Part shown: positions 59,631 to 64,000 of the stretch, one piece after another | Layout of the letters: every line of letters starts with the position of its first letter | Numbering within the stretch: the stretch's first letter is position 1 | DNA from: Candidatus Multivoradales bacterium | GTDB taxonomy: Bacteria; Acidobacteriota; Thermoanaerobaculia; Multivoradales; Multivoraceae | Assembly (NCBI GenBank): GCA_965223325.1 | Contig: CBDCWI010000002.1 | Span: 4,352,001-4,416,000, forward strand | Length of the DNA stretch: 64,000 nucleotides | Reading direction: 5' to 3' | Program-made: the position numbers and the translations under genes | Notes under the pieces: model-generated | The model's input: only the letters and a program-made list of their open reading frames with translations | The model's database searches: none | Told to the model about the DNA's origin: nothing

Positions 59631-60898
59631 GCACTTCGGAAGAGTCCCGTACGAACAAGACACAAGCCACCCGTCAAGAAAAGGGCGAGGCGGAGACGGT
59701 CGACGAGATCAAGTCTGGATCAAGGGGCCTTCATCAACTGCCGCGTGGCCTGGCCGCGGCCGAAGCGGCGGCGCTCAGGCGTCGAGTCGCCGAGAGCTCG
59801 GGAGCGTCAGAGCTTCGGCACATCGCTTCCTACTCTCTCGACGACGAGCGGGCGTCAACGCGTAACTGCGAGAACTTCATCGGTGCTGCCCAGGTGCCGA
59901 TGGGGCTGGTGGGCCCGCTCCACGTCCGTGGTCGCGAGATCGACGGCGAGACCTTCGTCCCCCTGGCGACCACCGAGGGAGCGCTGCTCGCCAGCGTCAA
60001 CCGGGGTTGCCGGGCCATCGCCCGATCGGGCGGGGCGGCGGTCGACGTGGTGGACGTTGGTATGACGCGTGCGCCAGCCTTTCGGGTTCATGACCTGACG
60101 GCAGCTCGCCGCCTCACCAACTGGCTCGAAGAGAACTACGCCCGCATCAAGGAACACGCCGAAGCGACGAGCCGGTTTCTGGAACTCGTCGAGCTACGCC
60201 CGATCATCATTGGCACAACGGTCCTCATTCGTTTCCGATTCACCACCGGCGACGCGATGGGCATGAACATGGCGACCATCGCGTGCGACCGGGTCGTCAC
60301 CGAAATCATCGAGCCCGAAACCGGTGCCGAATGTGTCGCCCTCTCCGGCAACTACTGCGTCGACAAGAAACCCTCGGCGGTCAATTTTCAACTCGGACGC
60401 GGCAAGAGCATTCGCGCGGAAGCAGAGATTCCTGCCGATGTACTCGAGAAGACGCTCAAGACCACTGCTTCGTCGCTGGTCGAAGTTCAGGTGCGCAAGA
60501 ACTTCGTGGGCTCGATCGCCGCGGGGGCGATGGGCTACAACGCGCAGTTCGCCAACGTGCTTGCCGGTCTGTTTCTCGCCTGTGGGCAGGACCTGGCGCA
60601 TGTCGTAGAAGGTTCGATGGGGATAACGACCTTCGAAGAACGAGAGGCCGGTGCAGTGCACGCGGCCGTCTACCTGCCCGACTGTCCAGTGGCGGCTATC
60701 GGTGGTGGCACTTCGCTCGCGACCCAACGCGAGGCACTGTCGATTCTGGGTATCGCGGTCGATGAAGAGCGGCCCGGGACGGCGGCGATTCGGCTCGCTG
60801 AGATCACCGGTGCGGTCGTTCTGGCCGGCGAGCTTTCTCTCATGGCGGCGTTCACCTCGCGCGACCTGGCTCGTGCCCACGAGCGCCTGGGTCGCTGA
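59627..60898 (+). CDS. hmgA: HMG-CoA reductase, class I (NADPH, archaeal type)
   Basis: Motifs CENFIG, PLATTEG, GDAMGMNM, SGNYCVDKK and AGELSL. Confidence 0.95.
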   Translation: MSTSEESRTNKTQATRQEKGEAETVDEIKSGSRGLHQLPRGLAAAEAAALRRRVAESSGASELRHIASYSLDDERASTRNCENFIGAAQVPMGLVGPLHVRGREIDGETFVPLATTEGALLASVNRGCRAIARSGGAAVDVVDVGMTRAPAFRVHDLTAARRLTNWLEENYARIKEHAEATSRFLELVELRPIIIGTTVLIRFRFTTGDAMGMNMATIACDRVVTEIIEPETGAECVALSGNYCVDKKPSAVNFQLGRGKSIRAEAEIPADVLEKTLKTTASSLVEVQVRKNFVGSIAAGAMGYNAQFANVLAGLFLACGQDLAHVVEGSMGITTFEEREAGAVHAAVYLPDCPVAAIGGGTSLATQREALSILGIAVDEERPGTAAIRLAEITGAVVLAGELSLMAAFTSRDLARAHERLGR

Positions 60899-60904
60899 CG
60901 GCTG

Positions 60905-62074
60905 GTGACGAACGGCGCTGGGAAACGAAGCGTCCGCTGGTCGGCTCCCGGCAAGGCGATATTGATTGGCGAGCACGCAGCTGTCTATGGACGACCCGCA
61001 TTGGTGGTCGCCGTCGGGCTGCGGACCGAGGTTACGGCTCGAACGACGGGTGACGGCAAGGGGATCGTGACGCTCGAAGTGCCGCAGCTCGAGGCGCGAT
61101 CGGATAGTTCGCCATCAGATAGCCAGCGCGAACCGGTCCGTTGGGCCGAGCTGGCCGCCATGGGAGCCGAAGTGTCTTCACGTTGGCAGCTCTACAATCG
61201 AAGCGAAGTGCCGATCTCTGCAATCCTCGGCGAGACCTTGTTGCCCCAAGCGATCCTGGGTGTTGTCGCCCACTGGTTGGGAGAATTGCCCAGTGTCTCT
61301 CTGCGGCTTCGGGTGGCTTCCGAACTTCCCATCGGTGCCGGACTGGGCAGTTCGGCTTCAGTGGCTGCAGCAATGGTTGCCGCGACGCTCGACGCAATCG
61401 ACGTGACGGTGCCCGCGGCGGAGGTCGAGGCACTCATTCTCGAGTGTGAGCGTCTACAGCACGGCCACCCTTCCGGAATCGATGCCGCCGCCGTCCTGCG
61501 CGGCGGAGCTTTGGTCATTCGACGGGAAACGCCGGCGCAGGCCGATCAACCTCTGGAGCTGGAAGTCGAGGTCCTCGATGTAGACGAGGCGGCGTTTCGT
61601 GGGTTTCGGTTGTTCGACACCGGTCGCCCACCCGAGAGCACCGGCGAGGTCGTGACCGCAGTGCGCGAGCTTCGGTCGCGAGACGTTGAGGCGTTCGATG
61701 ATGAACTGCGGCGGGCAGAAGACGCGGCGCTGGCGATGCTCGATGGGTTGCGGCGCGCTGAGTCGTCAGACGGCGGGGCTGTCATCGCCACCGCGATGCG
61801 CGTCTTCCAGAGGTGGCTCGAGGGCATCGGCGTGGTTCCGGCCGAGATTGCTACGCTCATCGCGAAGCTCGAGGCACGAGGCCTGGCGGCCAAGATCTCG
61901 GGAGCCGGATCCCTGGTAGGCCCTGGCGCTGGCTTGGCTCTGGTCTACGACGCGGGTCGGTCTCCGAGGTCCGCTTCGGGCAGTCGCTGGTGGCATGAGT
62001 CCTGGACAGAGATCGAGGCGCCCCTCGGCGCCCCTGGTCTTTGCCGCCACCCAGCCGACATTGCCGAGGCATGA
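60905..62074 (+). CDS. mvk: Mevalonate kinase
   Basis: Motifs APGKAILIGEHAAVYG, PIGAGLGSSA, HGHPSGID and KISGAG. Confidence 0.92.
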   Translation: MTNGAGKRSVRWSAPGKAILIGEHAAVYGRPALVVAVGLRTEVTARTTGDGKGIVTLEVPQLEARSDSSPSDSQREPVRWAELAAMGAEVSSRWQLYNRSEVPISAILGETLLPQAILGVVAHWLGELPSVSLRLRVASELPIGAGLGSSASVAAAMVAATLDAIDVTVPAAEVEALILECERLQHGHPSGIDAAAVLRGGALVIRRETPAQADQPLELEVEVLDVDEAAFRGFRLFDTGRPPESTGEVVTAVRELRSRDVEAFDDELRRAEDAALAMLDGLRRAESSDGGAVIATAMRVFQRWLEGIGVVPAEIATLIAKLEARGLAAKISGAGSLVGPGAGLALVYDAGRSPRSASGSRWWHESWTEIEAPLGAPGLCRHPADIAEA

Positions 62075-62075
62075 G

Positions 62076-63119
62076 ATGAAGAAAGACACCGAACGCGCGA
62101 CGGTCGAAGCGCCGTCGAACATCGCTTTCGTCAAGTACTGGGGAGCCAAGAATCTGGAACGGGTGGTTCCCTACAACCCTTCGATCTCGATGACGCTCGA
62201 AGAAGCGGTGACTCGCACGACAGCGGTCTTCCACCGCGGCGAGGACGGCGAGGACGTCGTCTCGGTACGCCAGGGCAACGACGTCGTGGACCCGGGGAGT
62301 GGGTTCACCGAGCGGGTTACGAATCACATCACCCGTCTGCGCGAGGTGTTTGGCGTGCGCGGCTGGTTCGAGATCGAGACCCGGAACACCTTCCCGTCGG
62401 CTGCTGGTGTGGCGTCTTCAGCATCGGGCTTCGCGGCGCTGACCCTGGCGGTCGCGAGTGCCACAGGGCAAACGCTCGATCGCGTCCAGTTTTCTCGGCT
62501 GGCGCGTGCGAGCGGTTCGGGATCGGCGTCGCGCTCGGTCATGGGTGGCTACGTGCAGTGGCCGGGCGACGGCCAGGACGATGACGCAACGTATGCAGTA
62601 CAGCTCTTTGACGGTGACTACTGGTCGCTGTGTGACTTGATTGCCATCGTCGACACCGATCCCAAGGACGTCTCGTCTCGCGACGGTCACCTGCGTGCCG
62701 CTTCGAGTCCCTACTTCAAGGAGCGTCTGCGCAGTTTGCCGGCGCGTCAGGCAACGGTTCGACAGGCGATCGCGGATCGTGCGATCGAGAACCTCGGCCC
62801 GGTGGTCGAAAAAGAAGCAATCGACATGCACCTGATCGCGATGTCGTCAGCGCCTCCGATCTTCTACTGGTCTCCGGCGACCCTCGCAGTGCTCGCGGCA
62901 CTGCGAGATCTGCGGGCTTCGGGTCTCGAAGCGTGGGCAACGATGGATGCCGGTGCCAACGTGCACGTCATCTGTGAGCCGTCGGAAGCCGATCGCATCC
63001 AGGAGGAGTTGCGCGGGGTTCAGGGTGTTCTCCGTGTGCTGCGCGATCGAACCGGCAAGGGGCCGCGGGTGCTCGAAAGCAGCGCTCCAGAAGAGCCAGA
63101 CACGGAAGAACTCGGGTGA
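62076..63119 (+). CDS. mvaD: (Di)phosphomevalonate decarboxylase, probably phosphomevalonate-specific
   Basis: Motifs NIAFVKYWG, AGVASSASG, SGSASRS and DAGANVH. Confidence 0.9.
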   Translation: MKKDTERATVEAPSNIAFVKYWGAKNLERVVPYNPSISMTLEEAVTRTTAVFHRGEDGEDVVSVRQGNDVVDPGSGFTERVTNHITRLREVFGVRGWFEIETRNTFPSAAGVASSASGFAALTLAVASATGQTLDRVQFSRLARASGSGSASRSVMGGYVQWPGDGQDDDATYAVQLFDGDYWSLCDLIAIVDTDPKDVSSRDGHLRAASSPYFKERLRSLPARQATVRQAIADRAIENLGPVVEKEAIDMHLIAMSSAPPIFYWSPATLAVLAALRDLRASGLEAWATMDAGANVHVICEPSEADRIQEELRGVQGVLRVLRDRTGKGPRVLESSAPEEPDTEELG

Positions 63120-63126
63120 TTTCGGC

Positions 63127-63951
63127 ATGAGCAGATCTGCTTCGAAGGTCACAGTGGTCAAGCTCGGCGGCAGCTTGATCACCGACAAGGCCACCCGGCG
63201 GTCGGTGCGCGAAGAAACCCTGGCGCGACTTGCCGGTGAGGTCGCCGAAGCGCTCCCGGAGCTTCGTCGTCGCGGGACGCAGGTTCTCCTCAGCCATGGC
63301 AGCGGTTCTTACGGTCATATGGCAGCGCATTCGGTTGGTTACGAGAAGGGGCGGGTGATGACTGGCGGTGCGGGTGTCGTTCAGCGCGCCGCGGCAGAGC
63401 TCCATGGCCGCGTTCTCGATGCGTTGCTCTCGAGAGACGTGCCGTGTTTCAGCTTTGCGCCTTCGAGTGCCTTCGTTGCCGAGGGTGGAACCGCCCGTTC
63501 CATCGAACTGCGCCCACTACTCATGGCGCTAGAGGCGCAGCAGGTCCCGGTCACCTATGGCGATGTTGTGCTCGACGAGCACTCGGGCTGGACGATTCTG
63601 TCGACTGAAGAAGTGGTCACGGCGCTGGTCTCGGCAATCACCTCCGAGAGGGCGACGCCCGTCGAGGTTCTGTGGATGGGTGATGTCGACGGCATCCTCG
63701 ATGGGGGTGGAGAAGCGGTGCCGGTTGTTGACGACCGCAACGCGGAGGCCGTCGCTGCTGGCCTCGGTAGCGCGAGCGGCACCGATGTTACCGGTGGCAT
63801 CAAGCTGCGCTTCGAGACAGCACGCCGGCTGGCCGCCCGCGGTGTTCCTTCTCATCTCCTCGATGGCACACGCCCGGGCCTTCTGCGTGAGGCGCTTCAT
63901 GGCGCGGCAGTCGGCGGCACCAGATTCGTGAATGCAAAGGGCGCATCTTGA
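63127..63951 (+). CDS. Isopentenyl phosphate kinase
   Basis: Motifs KLGGSLITDK, HGSGSYGH, PVTYGDVV, ILSTE and DVTGGI. Confidence 0.9.
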   Translation: MSRSASKVTVVKLGGSLITDKATRRSVREETLARLAGEVAEALPELRRRGTQVLLSHGSGSYGHMAAHSVGYEKGRVMTGGAGVVQRAAAELHGRVLDALLSRDVPCFSFAPSSAFVAEGGTARSIELRPLLMALEAQQVPVTYGDVVLDEHSGWTILSTEEVVTALVSAITSERATPVEVLWMGDVDGILDGGGEAVPVVDDRNAEAVAAGLGSASGTDVTGGIKLRFETARRLAARGVPSHLLDGTRPGLLREALHGAAVGGTRFVNAKGAS

Positions 63952-64000
63952 GCGCTGATCTCCATGACCTCTTGGTCAAGACGAGTCGCACTTTCGCCCT
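63948..64000 (+). CDS. Squalene/phytoene synthase family protein (partial, runs off window)
   Basis: TTG start overlaps the ipk stop; MSADLHDLLVKTSRTFA matches the SRTFAL motif. Confidence 0.7.
   Translation, partial: MSADLHDLLVKTSRTFA

Overview
High-GC bacterial chromosomal window; the gene content suggests an Acidobacteriota-like lineage (inference only). From left to right it contains: (1) a branched-chain-type ABC transporter/acyl-CoA ligase operon split into two blocks (1-1503 and 17802-22549); (2) two apparently identical 1910-bp group II introns (1740-3649, 15653-17562) that start with a non-canonical GATAC, the second inserted in the third unit of a hairpin-rich 284-bp tandem array whose first two units still carry empty target sites; (3) a divergent pair of unknown repeat proteins (5125-8321) sharing a mirror-image GTAAC-N15-CGGAAG promoter-like motif; (4) hydrolases, a pseudokinase-STAND ATPase, a MutS-like ATPase, a PP2C phosphatase, ilvD and a 166-bp MITE; (5) a second tandem array (166-bp unit) that recopies the 3' end of an M48 peptidase gene; (6) an integron cassette array with no integrase in the window (about 43996-50090), holding an IS1111 inserted in an attC, an IS3 and a truncated toxin-antitoxin cassette; (7) moaA and an operon joining hopanoid genes (shc, hpnH, hpnA, hpnG) to an archaeal-type alternative mevalonate pathway (idi-2, hmgA, mvk, decarboxylase, ipk) and a squalene synthase. 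Both tandem arrays are flanked by locally G-depleted coding sequence on the + strand.
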